Shown in pieces: positions 12,262 through 23,376 of a DNA stretch of 64,000 bases. Every line of letters begins with the position of its first letter. Within the stretch, counting starts at the first letter, position 1. The stretch is taken from assembly GCF_963921235.1 (NCBI RefSeq), contig NC_086109.1, positions 15,750,001-15,814,000 of the forward strand, given 5' to 3'. This stretch comes from Mobula hypostoma (taxonomy: Eukaryota). Under the pieces are notes generated by a model. The model made no database searches and had not been told where the DNA came from. It saw only the letters and a list, made by a program, of their open reading frames with translations. The position numbers were made by a program, and so were the translations under genes.

Positions 12262-12420
12262 GGGTGGTGCAATAGCATAGTGGTGATTGTGATGCTATTT
12301 CCGTGGCAGTGACTCTGGTTCAATTCCCACCGCTGTGTTTAAGGAGTTTGTACATTTTCCTTGTGACCACATGGGTGCTCTGGTTTCCTCACACATTTCA
12401 AAGATATAGAGATTATAGCA
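12262..12420 (+). mobile_element. V-domain tRNA SINE fragment (HE1-like)
   Basis: A box TAGCATAGTGG, B box GGTTCAATTCC, then GGAGTTTGTACATTTTCCTTGTGACCAC...GCTCTGGTTTCCTCACAC. Confidence 0.7.
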
Positions 12421-12514
12421 AACTACAATTAAAGGAATTTCCTGATGTGACCCGAGAAAACTATCTCTCAAAAGGAAAACAAGTTCACAGTGAAAAAAAA
12501 ACCAAATCCCCTTG

Positions 12515-12820
12515 AACACAAGCAAGAGAAAATCTGCAGATGCTGGAAATCCAAGCAGCGCACACAAAATGGAGGAAGTCAGCAGGCCATCTATGGAAAG
12601 GAGTCCAGCCAATGTTTCGGGTCGAGACGCTTCAGCAGGGCTGGAGATAAAAAGATGAGGAGTAGAGTTAAAAGGTGGTGGGGTGGGGAGGAGAGGGAGA
12701 AAAACAAGGTGATAGGAAAAACCAGGAGGGGGAGGGGTGAAGTAAAATGCTGGGAAGTTGATTGGTGAAAAAAGATAGAGGCCTGGAGAAGCGGGGATCT
12801 AATAGGAGAGGACAGAGGCC
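12515..12820 (-). mobile_element. Penelope-type repeat fragment with hammerhead-like motif
   Basis: Minus strand 12644-12605 reads CCAGCC-CTGCTGA-A-GCGTCTCGACCC-GAAAC-ATT-GGCTGG, followed by the family's GATGG...CCAGCATCTGCAGATTTTCTC end. Confidence 0.65.
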
Positions 12821-13319
12821 TTTAAACACACATATATTCCAAAGAAATCTTTGATTTCTGATTAAATGGCTTCAAACTATTTTCTTGGGCTCAGGCAGTT
12901 ATTCCAAGTTGCACCAACCTTATATAAAATAAGGTAAATTATTGTGCTTTGACAAGTTTGTGATATATAAGGTCTTGGTATTCATTTTGGTCAGGGTAAA
13001 TTGAATAGATGAAAACAACATTTGGAAAATCAAACTTAGGTGGGATGGGAGCAAGGTGTAAAATATAGGTGGTATATATCCATCTTCATCACACTGGGGA
13101 CATTTACTCAAGTCAGTATAATATTCTCTGTATTAGATTTAATCAACAAAAACCAAAGCTAGACTTGATTTCATGTCTTCCTCATTCATCACTCCATAGG
13201 AAAAACAACCTTTCGCTTGGAGTGAGAATAGCTGTGGTTAAGTAGAGTCCTTGAAATTTAGCAGAGCAATGGGCAAAGCAGGAACGACCATTATAGTTAT
13301 GGTTACAACTGGGGAGTAA

Positions 13320-13660
13320 GGTACAAATCAGCCTTAATCATGCTGGTGCAGTTCAAATGAGAAGGCAGAAGGACTGAGAGAGAATGCAGATTAAGGTATT
13401 AGGACTGGAGATGAATGTGAAACAAGGCAATGAATACAAATGTGGATTAAGGCAGTGAAATTGAGTATAAATGAAGAGTAAAATAGAGGGTCTGAGTATG
13501 AATGGGGATTAAGGCAATGAGATTATGTATACAGTGAAGTGGTGGGATTGAACCTGAATAAAGATAAATGAAGGTTAGAACAATGGGTTTCAATATAAAT
13601 TAGGTTAAAATGGCAGCACTGAGTACAAATGATGATTTAACGATTAAGGAAGAAGAATTG
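13320..13660. repeat. Highly degenerate ~31-bp minisatellite
   Basis: Recurrent units resembling GAGTATGAATGGGGATTAAGGCAATGAGATT (e.g. 13431-13460, 13494-13524). Confidence 0.55.
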
Positions 13661-13907
13661 AGGGTTCTGTTACCTACTGATAAATTAGAATGCATACCAT
13701 TGTCCCTGTAGACAATTGTTCTGAAACTTTGAAAAACCATTGGAGTTTCTTGCCTGCAGAGAAGGAGCTGATCTATAACAAAGTTACAGTGAAGGAGCTA
13801 ATCTGTAACAGGCCTACACCTGTATCAGTTGATCTACAGCAGATATGCAGCGAGGAATCTGACCAGTAGCAGATCTATAGTAAGGGACCTGATCTATAGC
13901 AGATGTA

Positions 13908-14725
13908 GGTTTCAAAAGGTACATTTAATGTCAGAGAAATATATACAATATACATCCTGAAATTCTTTTTCTTCGCAGACATCCATGAAAACAGAGAAGT
14001 GCCCCAAAGAATGAATGACAGATAAAACATTAGAACCCCAAAGCCCCCACCCCCCAGCTCCCCCTCCCACACACAAACAGCAGCAAGGCAACAACCCCAC
14101 TCTCAGCCCCACCAGCAAAAAAGCATCAGCACCCTCCACCGAGCACTCAAGTGTGCAGCAAAGCATCAATAAAGACACAAACTTGTAGTACCCCAAAAAC
14201 TACTCGTTCATCCAGTAATTCGACATACCACAGGCTCTGTCTCTCCCTAATAAGGGAAAAAGAGGTGTCCCCGTTTCACAGCGAGAGGGGAGACATAACA
14301 AACAACTCGCTGATTTTCCATTTTAGGAGTCTTTTTCCAAGCTCTGCACCAAAAAGGGCGCAGCTCTCTGGACACACAACCCCTGGCAGCAAACCTGCTG
14401 CTCCTGATGTTCCGTGTTCTCCCGCAACACTTCAGTCAGGGGCGCCGGCCTCGAATCAGCACATAACTCTGGAGCCACGAAAACCCGGAACCCTGAAGGC
14501 ACCTTCATCTTCCAAGCCGCATCCTTGGAATATCAAAAAACGGCTGGTTGTGAGGCCCTGAGAGTGGGTCCCATTTCCGGTAAGAGTCTAAGTCAGAGTG
14601 TCTTCAAAAGAACCCCCCCACACCCTGAGAAGGGAAAAAAGGAGATATCAAAGATAGAAATAGATCTGTTTCTGAAAATGCAAGTAAAGGAATCGCCATT
14701 TAGCGCCATCTTGACTTTGCACTGC
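13908..14725 (-). mobile_element. Non-autonomous retroposon with Rex1-type tail, inserted inside one minisatellite unit
   Basis: The minus strand starts GCAGTGCAAAGTCAAGATGGCGC and ends AAGAATTTCAGGATGTATATTG...ACATTAAATGTACCTTTTGAAAC. The flanks GCAGATGTA | CAGTGAGGG rejoin into one repeat unit. Confidence 0.75.
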
Positions 14726-15681
14726 CAGTGAGGGAGCTGATCTATAGCAGATCTACAGAGAAAGGGCTGATCTATAATGAGGGAGCTGACCTACAGTGAG
14801 ATAGCTGATCTATAGCTGGTAGACTCTACTATGAAGAAGCTAAGCTACAGCAGATCTACTGTAAGAGAGTTGATCTATAGCAGATTCACAGTGAAGGGGC
14901 GGATCTATAGTGGATCTACAGTGGGGGAGCTGATCTATAGCAGATCTAAAGTGAAGGAGAACAACACACCTCAAAGTTGCTGGTGAACGCAGCAGGCCAG
15001 GCAGCATCTCTAGGAAGAGGTACAGTCGATGTTTCGGGCTGAGACCCTGTTTATTGCTAACATGGACACCCCGCTCTGGTCTTCTGCCTGCTCTGGATCT
15101 CTTTATTGCTAACTGCCTACACGAAAGTGAAGGGGCTAATCTATAGCAGATCTACAGCAAGGTTGCTGATCTACAGTGAGGGAGCTGATCTATAGCAGAT
15201 CTACAGTGAGGGAGCTGATCTATAGCAGATCTACAGAGAAAGGGCTGATCTATAATGAGGGAGCTGACCTACAGTGAGATAGCTGATCTATAGCTGGTAG
15301 ACTCTACTATGAAGAAGCTAAGCTACAGCAGATCTACTGTAAGAGAGTTGATCTATAGCAGATTCACAGTGAAGGGGCGGATCTATAGTGGATCTACAGT
15401 GGGGGAGCTGATCTATAGCAGATCTAAAGTGAAGGAGAACAACACACCTCAAAGTTGCTGGTGAACGCAGCAGGCCAGGCAGCATCTCTAGGAAGAGGTA
15501 CAGTCGATGTTTCGGGCTGAGACCCTGTTTATTGCTAACATGGACACCCCGCTCTGGTCTTCTGCCTGCTCTGGATCTCTTTATTGCTAACTGCCTACAC
15601 GAAAGTGAAGGGGCTAATCTATAGCAGATCTACAGCAAGGTTGCTGATCTACAGTGAGGGAGCTGATCTATAGCAGATCTA
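14726..15681. repeat. Tandem duplication of a 478-bp block (14726-15203 / 15204-15681)
   Basis: Landmarks are offset by 478 bp (e.g. GATCTAAAGTGAAGGAGAAC at 14943 and 15421). I saw no differences between the copies by eye. Confidence 0.92.
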
Positions 15682-18401
15682 CAGTGAGGGAGCTGATCTA
15701 TAGCAGATCTACAGTGAGGGAACTGATCTATAGCTGATTGACTGTGAAGGAGCTGATCTATAGCAGATCTACAGTGTGGAATGTGACCTATAACTGATCT
15801 ACTATGAAGAAGCTTATCTATAGCACATCTATAGTGAAGGAGCCAGTCTATAGAAGATCTATGGCGAGGGAGCTGACATAGCAGATATGAAGTGAAGGGG
15901 AGGATCTACAGCAGATCTATAGCAAGGTTGGTGATCTATAGAAGATCTACTGTGAAGGAACTGATCTATAGCAGATCAAAAATGAAGGGGAAGATCTATA
16001 GAAGGTCTACTGTGAGGTTGCTGATCTACAGTGAGGGATCTGATCTATAGCAGATCTACAGTGAAGGAGCTGATCTAGCAGATCTCCAGGGAGACTGGTG
16101 ATCAATAGCTGATCTACTGTGAATGAGCTGATCTATAGCAGATCTACAGTGAAGGAGCTGATCTTTCGAGGATCTACAGTGAGATAATTGGACCAGCAGA
16201 TCTACAGTGAGGGAGCTGATCCAGAGCAGATCTATTGGGAGGAATCTGACCCTTAGCAGATTTACAGTGAGGGAGCTGATCTATTCCCAATCTATGATGA
16301 GGGAGCTGATCTATAGTGGATTGACAGTGAGGAAGCTGATCTATAGCAGACCTACAGTGAAGGAGCTCATGTATGGCAAATGTACAGTAAGGGAGCTGAT
16401 CTATAGCAGAACTATACTGAGGGAGTTCATGTTGAGCAGATCTACTGAGAGGAAGCTGATCCAGAGTGAGGGGGTTGGAATGCAGATCTAGAGTGAGGGA
16501 GCTGATCTCTAGGAAGGTTCCTGATCCTTAGCAGATATTTTGGGAGTGAGTTGATCTTTAGCAGATCTACAGTAAGGGACCCGATCTATACCAGATCTAC
16601 AGTGAGGGAGCTGATCTATAGGTGATCTACAGTTAGATAGCTGATCCATAGCAGATCTGCATTGAAGGGGTAGATCTATAGCTAATCTACAATGAGGTTG
16701 CAGCTCTACATCTGATCTACAGTGAAGAAGCTGATCTTTGACCGATCTACAGTGAGGGAGCTGATCGATAGCTGATCTCCAATGAGGGAGCTGATCTTTA
16801 GCTGATTATCAATGACAGAGCTGATCTATAGCTGATCCACAGTGAGGGAGCTGAGCTAGAGCAGATCTGTTGTGAGGGAGCTAATCTATTGCAGATGTAC
16901 ATTGATGAAGCTTATCTATAACTGATCTTTTGTGAGGGTGTTGAGCTATAGCAGTTGTACTGTAATGGAGCTAATCTATATCAGATCTACAGTAAAGGAG
17001 ATGATCTATAACAGATTGACAGTGAGGTAGTTGGACTTTAACAGATCTACAGTGAGGGATCTCATCTGTAGCTGATCTACAATGAACAATGTGATAAATA
17101 GCAGATTTACAGGGGAGCTGATCTGTAGCAGATCTACAGTAGAGGAGCTGATGTGTATCAGATTACAGTGAGGGAACTGATCTGTAGCTGATCTATTGCA
17201 GAACCATAGTGAGGTAGTTGGTATTGAGCAGATCTGCAGTGAGGGAGTTGCTTGTTTGCAGATCTACAGTGAGGGAGCTGATCTACAGTCAGGGAGCTGA
17301 TCTGTAGCCGATCTGCAGTGAGGGAGCTGAGGTACAGCAGATCTACAATAAAGAGCTGGTCTGTATCAGATCTGCAGGAAGGGGTTTGATGCATAACAGA
17401 TCTACAAGTGAGGAAGCTGATCAATAGCAGATCTACCATGAGGAAGCAGATCTATAGCAGATCTGCAGGAAAGAGCTGATCCACAGTGAAGGGGCTGATC
17501 TATAGCAGGTCTACCATGATGGATCTGATCTGTAGAGAATGTACAGTGAGATAGTTGGATTTTAGCAGATCTACAGTGATGGAGCTGATCTATAGCAGAT
17601 CTACAGTGAGCGAGCCAAGCTATAGGAGATCTACAGTAAAGAGTTGGTCTATATCAGATATAGAGTAAGGGTGTTGATGTTTAACAGATCGACAAGTGAG
17701 GGAGCTGATCTATAGATTACCTACACAGTGGAAGCTGGTTTATAGAAGATCTACAGTGAAGGAGCTGATCTATAGCAGTTTTTCTGTGGAGGGAGCTAAT
17801 CTGTTGCAGGTCTACAGTGAGGGATTTGATCTGTTGCAGATCTACAATGAGGGATGTGAATTGTAAGAGATCTAAAGTGGAGCAGATCTATAGCAGATCT
17901 TCTGTTGAGGGAGCTAATTGGTTGCAGATCTACAGCAAGGGGTGTGATCTATAGTAGATTTACAATTTTGGAGCTGATCTATAGCAGATGCAATGAAAAA
18001 GAACAATAGATGTAAATCTTTCACACTCACGCAACTTTCTGATCTCAAACCCAACACCTCCACTTCTACACCAGATACCCAATTCAGATTTAGGTGAAGC
18101 TCCAATCTAAACACCAGCACCTGATCTAATCCTAGTTTGCAATCTACCTTTTTCCATTGTAAAATATGCAGTAAAATAGTGGAACATGGAAGACATAATT
18201 CTGATCTCTGAGATTTAGATATCATTGCAGAGTTATTATGACATTTTAGGGAGCATTAACTGAGATGGATCCAATCTTCAGGAAATATAACCTGTACGCA
18301 ATTTAACTTCAAACTGATAGTTGTGGCTAATGATGCCAATCATTGGATATGGGATATTCTGATTCTTTCCCATTAAAACTACAAAGAGGAAGGTATTTGA
18401 A

Positions 18402-18628
18402 GAAGCAACACACACAAAATGCTGGCAGAACTCAGCAAGCCAGTCAGCATCTATGGAAAAGAGTACAGTTGACATTTCGAACCGAGGCCCTGCCTGGCCT
18501 GATCAAGGGTCTTGGCCTGAAACGTTGTACTCTGTACTCTTTTCCATTGATGCTGCCTGGCCTGCTGAGTTCCTCCAGAATTATAAGCATGTTGCTTGAA
18601 TTTCCAGCATCTGCAGATTTCTCTTGTT
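18402..18628. mobile_element. Penelope-type repeat as a ~90-bp-arm inverted repeat
   Basis: The left arm AAAATGCTGGCAGAACTCAGCAAGCC...AAAAGAGTACAG...GAGGCCCT is complementary to the right arm AGGGTCTTGGCCTGAAACG...CTGTACTCTTTTCC...CTGAGTTCCTCCAG. Confidence 0.7.
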
Positions 18629-19139
18629 TAAGAGAAATGCTACTGCTCAATAGTTAAATTATTAAATATAATGAAAGGCACATTGTTAAAGATGTATCCC
18701 TGCCATTTCAGGCATGGTTCAAGACAGATCTGATCTGAACTTAACATTCTGGTTAGTTGTATGGCTTCATGGCGTCATACCTCAATACTGTAACAAAAGA
18801 GGTATGTTTTGAGTGTCTGGAGTTTAAACGCAGAGGCTTTTGGAACAGACTCCAGCGTGGAACATTCAGAAGAGTTCTGCTGGTTGGTATATGCCACAAT
18901 TGTAAATTAGTAATTCTGTACATTTACCTAACTACCTTCAAAAATTTAAAGTTAAGAAAGTGATTATAGCAATTGAAACTGTAGTTCATTGTTTATTGCT
19001 ATTTTAGTGTTGAAGAATTATAAAATATCAACACAAAATGCTGGAGAACCTCTGCAACTCAGGCAACAACTATGGAGGAGAATAAACAGTTGATATTTCA
19101 GGCCAAGATCCTTTATTAGGACTTATCAAGAGAGCAAAA

Positions 19140-20090
19140 AAGGAGTAGTGAGGTAGTTTTCAGAAATCTGATGATGGTGGGGAAGAAGCTGTTCCTAAAG
19201 CATTGAGTGTGCATCTTCAGGCTCGTTTACCTTCTCCCTGATATTATTAACGAGAAGAGAGCATATCCTGATGGTGAAGGTCCTTAATGATGGATGCTGC
19301 CTTCTTGAGGTACTGTCTCTTGAAGATGTCCTTGATGGTGAGGAGATTTATGCCCGTGATGGAGATGGATGAGTCTAAAACCCTCTACAGCCTCTTTTGT
19401 TTCTGTGCATTGGAGCCTCAATACCAGGCTGCAATGCAATCAGTCAGAATGCTTTCCATGGTTGACACAACTTTGTGTGCCAAAGGGCCTGTGCTATGCT
19501 GCAGTTTCTATAATTCATGTTTTGTATATCTGATGCTAAGTGTCTGTGACGTTGTGACAAGTAAAGTTCAGAAGTTGAAAGTTTAAAGTGAGTTTATTAT
19601 CGAAGTACATACTATATATGTCACCAGATACTACCCTGAGATTCATTTTCTTGTGGGCATTCACAGTAAGTACAAAGAAGTGCAATAGAAACCACGATAA
19701 ACTACACACAAACAAAGGCTGACAAGCAACCAATGTGCAAAAGAAGAGAAACTGTGCAAATACAATAAATAAATAATACTGAGAACATGAGTGTTTTAGG
19801 GTCCATGAAAGTGAGTCCATAGGTTGTGGTTTCAGTTCAGTGTTGAGGTGCGTGAAGTTACCCATGCTGGTTTGGGAGCCTGATGGCTGAAGGGTAATAA
19901 CTGTTCCTGAGCTTGCTGATGTGGGACCTGTTGCCTGAACCTCCACTCCAATGGCAGCAGCAAGAAGATAGCACGGCCTGGATGGTAGGAGGTCTTTAAT
20001 GATGAATTCTACTTTCTAGTGGCAGTGTTCCTTGTAGATGTGATTAATGTGGGAAGGGTTTTTCCTGTAATGGACTGGGTTTTGCATTGG
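19140..20090 (-). mobile_element. Cluster of Rex1/Babar 3' fragments
   Basis: Two reverse-complemented Rex1 C-terminal regions (19180-19460 and 19890-20085) and the tail AAGTTGAAAGTTTAAAGTGAGTTTATTATC at ~19570. Confidence 0.7.
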
Positions 20091-20488
20091 ACATGTGCAT
20101 ACATGTACTTGTGCATATGACAAGAAACGTTGACATTCGAGTTTGACTCAAGTTAACGGAACAATATGATGACAGTGTTAAACAAAAGGACTAGGAGGAG
20201 GCATCTGGCTGACCTTTTCTTCCTCTCTTATTATTTTTATTTTACTTCATTGAGCTAGAGCGTGGAATCGGCCCTTCTGGCCCTTCGTGCCCTGCCGTCC
20301 TGCAATCCCCTGATTAAATCCTAGCCTAATCACAGAACAATCTACAATGTCCAATTAGCCTACCCAACTGGTAGGTCTTTGGATTGTGGGAGGAAACCAG
20401 AGCACCCAGAGGAAACCCACATGGTCTCTGGAAGAACGTACAAACTTCTTCCAGGCAGCGACGGGAACTGAACCTGGGTCGCCTATAC

Positions 20489-21246
20489 CAGCCGTCCCCA
20501 ACCACCGGGCCGCAAAGCATGTGCTACCGGTCCGTGAGGAAACGATATGAGTCAGCTGCACCTCTCCTCTTTCCCTGTCACGCACTGTTGAACTTGAACA
20601 TAGGGTTGCCAACTGTCCCGTATTTGCCGGGACATCCCGTATATTGGGCTAAATTTTTGTTTATCCCATAGGGGACCGCACTTGTCCCATATTTCCCCTG
20701 CTAAGGTAGAGCGTTCCTATGAAACCTTTCGTGCTGAAATGGCGTGAAGCGAAGAAGCAATTACCATTAATTTATATGGGAAAAAATTTTGAGCATTCCC
20801 AGACCCAAAAAAAACCTAACAAATCATACCAAATAACACTCAACACCGAAAATAAATAACACTAACATAGTAAAAGCAGGAATTATATGATAAATACACA
20901 GCCTATATAAAGTAGAAATAATTTACTTACAGTGTAGTCGGGAAGATGAAGGCAAAACCGATTTGTCGGGGGAAAAAAATCGACACGTACGCGCATGCGC
21001 ACATAGATGCCTGCACAAGGCTTCATGGTCATGGTAGTCTTTCTTGGGGTAAAGTGTCACGGGATTTGACTGCTACTTTTGTCCCTTATTTGGGAGTGAG
21101 AAAGTTGGCAACCCTAACCTTAAAAGACATGTTGAGGTGAGTTTAACCCTACTTCAACACCGCCCCCTCACCCCCGGTCGGCCGGTTCGCAAGAATATTG
21201 TCGATATTAAACTGGTCCGCGGTGCAAAGTAGGTTGGGGACCCCTG
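20489..21246. mobile_element. hAT (Charlie-like) non-autonomous transposon
   Basis: TIRs CAGCCGTCCCCAACC / GGTTGGGGACCCCTG; 8-bp TSD GCCTATAC (20481-20488) / GCCTATAA (21247-21254). Confidence 0.88.
20601..21116. mobile_element. Second TIR element (TAGGG-ended, hAT-like) nested in the Charlie-like element
   Basis: Perfect 14-bp TIRs TAGGGTTGCCAACT / AGTTGGCAACCCTA and subterminal GTCCC repeats. No matching TSD. Confidence 0.8.
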
Positions 21247-22179
21247 GCCTATAATGTAAAGCGTTGTGCTAACCACAGCTGCCCCAAATTTAATAGTGAG
21301 ATTTTACATGACTTAATATCAAGTTTTGTCTGATAACACTCCTATGCTGAAACTGCTATATAAAGGTAAGTTGCTATTCCCATTGCTGTTGTTATAACTT
21401 GCACTAGCTTCGTGATGTTTAAATTTCAGTCAGTCGCCAGTAAATGAAACATAGAACAGCTAAGACCAGCTGCTGGGACCATCTATTTTTAATGGCTCTT
21501 CTATCGCTGCCAATCTCACTGCGTCTTAGAGAATTTACAGTATTTAATGTATAGATGCATTCGGGGGAAATTAGATCAATCCATGAGAGAGAGATTAACA
21601 GCAAGAAAAGACGACAGGGTTAAAAGAAAAAGGCCAGGAGGAGGCTGTTGGCAAGCTTCAACACAGAAAAGAACCTGTTGAATTTAATGGTTTGCTCTTG
21701 TGCTGTTCAATGCCCCTCAGGGCTGCTCTACCATTTAATTAGATCTTAGCTGATTTGAACTACAGCTCAATGTTTTTAACCAATAACAGCATACAACTTC
21801 AAGGCTATTTTAATGCAACACATGTCCCAGGGTGCTTTATAGGTGCATTATCAAAAAAATTTTTTCACCAATTTACAAAGTGCTTGCAAAGAACCATGAG
21901 ATCACATGACTGATTCCTGGTCAAAGGAATATGTTTAACTGTAGAAGGAGCATTTGAAATTTAAGAAGGCTTGGGGATAGAATTGCTGATTTTTAGTGCT
22001 GAGTACAACCACTAGTAGAGTCTTTAATGTCAAAGCTGACCAAGAGGCCAGAATCAGATGGATACAGATATCTCCAAATATCTTTGAGAGCTGCAGGGCT
22101 GGATTTGAGAGTTGAAGAGAGGGGAGAAGTTAGAAGTGAGGTTTGCTGGATGCGTAGAGTGTGGACGATTCTGTAGTTC

Positions 22180-22530
22180 ACATTATGACGTGTTTGTGGT
22201 TCATGGTTGCTCCTTTTTTTTGTTGCTACTTTGGGCAACTTTGATCGAAGTGGCCTGCAGATGGCGAGTGACACAATGCTAGATTGAACAAAACTGAGCT
22301 GAACCAAATATGCTTAGACGATTACATTTTTTTGTTTTATATCCTGTGTTTTTCATTTTTGCTCTTTTTTGCCGCCCAGGTGATTTGTTTTTTCTGTTGG
22401 GGGGGGTTGTTGAGGTTTTTCTTTCAGTAGTTTGCAAGGTTTTCTTTGTTTTGTGGCTGTCTGTGAGGAAGATGAATCTCAGGGTTGTATACTGCATACA
22501 TATTTTGAGAATAAATGTACTTTGAACCCT
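22180..22530 (+). mobile_element. Short retroposon with Rex1-type tail
   Basis: Ends GAAGATGAATCTCAGGGTTGTATACTGCATACATATTTTGAGAATAAATGTACTTTGAAC. Confidence 0.6.
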
Positions 22531-22598
22531 GAAATTTGACAGGACAGGCACTAGCAGCAGGTAAAATCAGGATTGTGGCTTAAACGGAAGCCAAGGTA

Positions 22599-22727
22599 CC
22601 CTCAGTGGACACTTTATTAGGTACCTCCTGTACCTCCATTGAGTGAATGCTCATGGTCTTCTGCTGTAGCCCATCCACGCAGCTGAGCATTTAGGGATGC
22701 TCTTCTGCCCACCACTGTTGTAACACA
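22599..22727 (-). mobile_element. Tc1/mariner fragment truncated by a Gypsy insertion
   Basis: TA followed by TIR CCCTCAGTGGACACTTTATTAGGTAC and family-internal TGGTCTTCTGCTGTAGCCCATCCAC. Confidence 0.75.
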
Positions 22728-23376
22728 TGTGAAATCCCCTGTTTTCTTTGATTGCGTAAATCTAAGGAAAACACTCTCTGGTCCCGCCAAACATGTGAGA
22801 CTGAGTCGTCTCTCCCAGCCCAAAACCCAGTTTGTGTGGATGCTGAATAATTTGTTACTCTGTTACAAATTAGTGCTGCAAAATAACAGACAATACACTG
22901 CATACAATTAAAGGAATTACATTTATGAATCCAAATAAAAGGGTTAGTAAAGAAAAGCAAAAAGAAAAGGGCCCATTTTAATTTAACAGTCAAATGTACA
23001 CAAGTTGGAGCACATCGTGAACTTCTCTGTCACTCACGCACTGGACCCTTGGACAGTGTGAAAGCACGCACCATCTTCCGTGTGCCACTCACAATCCATC
23101 TCGAACAAACAGGTCTCCCACTGGGCCATATCCTACGACCGGTTCTGCCTAACGTCTTCTCTCTTCACCTCCTGCCGAACCAAAGAAAAAACCCCAAGAC
23201 CAACATTAGTGTTGCTCACCAAGAAAATCCCCCCTATTTGGATGGCACACACTCCACATCATCCCTTGTCGTCAACAATAACCCAAACAGGCTGACAGCA
23301 GAACAGACTGCTCTTACAGAAATGCTAAATGAAACACAATCAGCATAACAGTAAAAATATGAACCAGGGCATTACA
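22728..23376 (-). mobile_element. 3' LTR of a Gypsy retrotransposon
   Basis: TG...CA termini. The polypurine tract (minus strand TGGGGGGAAAG, 23377-23387) abuts the LTR on the pol side. Confidence 0.8.

Larger units (their letters stand above)
13760..17995. repeat. 30-bp minisatellite array, consensus GTGAGGGAGCTGATCTATAGCAGATCTACA
   Basis: Exact 30-bp period visible at 15661-15720, with about 100 diverged units. Interrupted by a retroposon (13908-14725) and by duplicated Penelope-type fragments. Confidence 0.95.
20258..21280 (-). mobile_element. V-domain tRNA SINE with CR1-type tail, head split by a hAT insertion
   Basis: GTCTTTGGATTGTGGGAGGAAACCAGAGCACCCAGAGGAAACCCAC (V domain, reverse), B box at ~20465-20477, and the A-box part resuming at ~21255. 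Confidence 0.8.

Noticed and set aside
16207..16491. 94-aa ORF with VRELIYSRST repeats as a real gene
   Set aside because: It is a by-product of a 10-codon repeat unit. Neighbouring units have stops and indels, and there are no splice or promoter signals.
13760..17995. CRISPR-like array of 30-bp partly palindromic repeats
   Set aside because: The units are contiguous with no unique spacers, there are no cas genes and the context is vertebrate. It is a minisatellite.
18292..18378. Additional minus-strand exon (87 nt, VLMGKNQNIPYPMIGIISHNYQFEVKLRT)
   Set aside because: The acceptor is good but the donor (GTTATA) is poor and the peptide is unrecognised, so I left it out of the candidate transcript.
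18712..18801. Plus-strand exon candidate (TTTCAG / GTATGT), open as MVQDRSDLNLTFWLVVWLHGVIPQYCNKR
   Set aside because: It is isolated, has a weak polypyrimidine tract and an unrecognised peptide, and has no consistent plus-strand partners. It also shows that exon-like segments arise by chance here.
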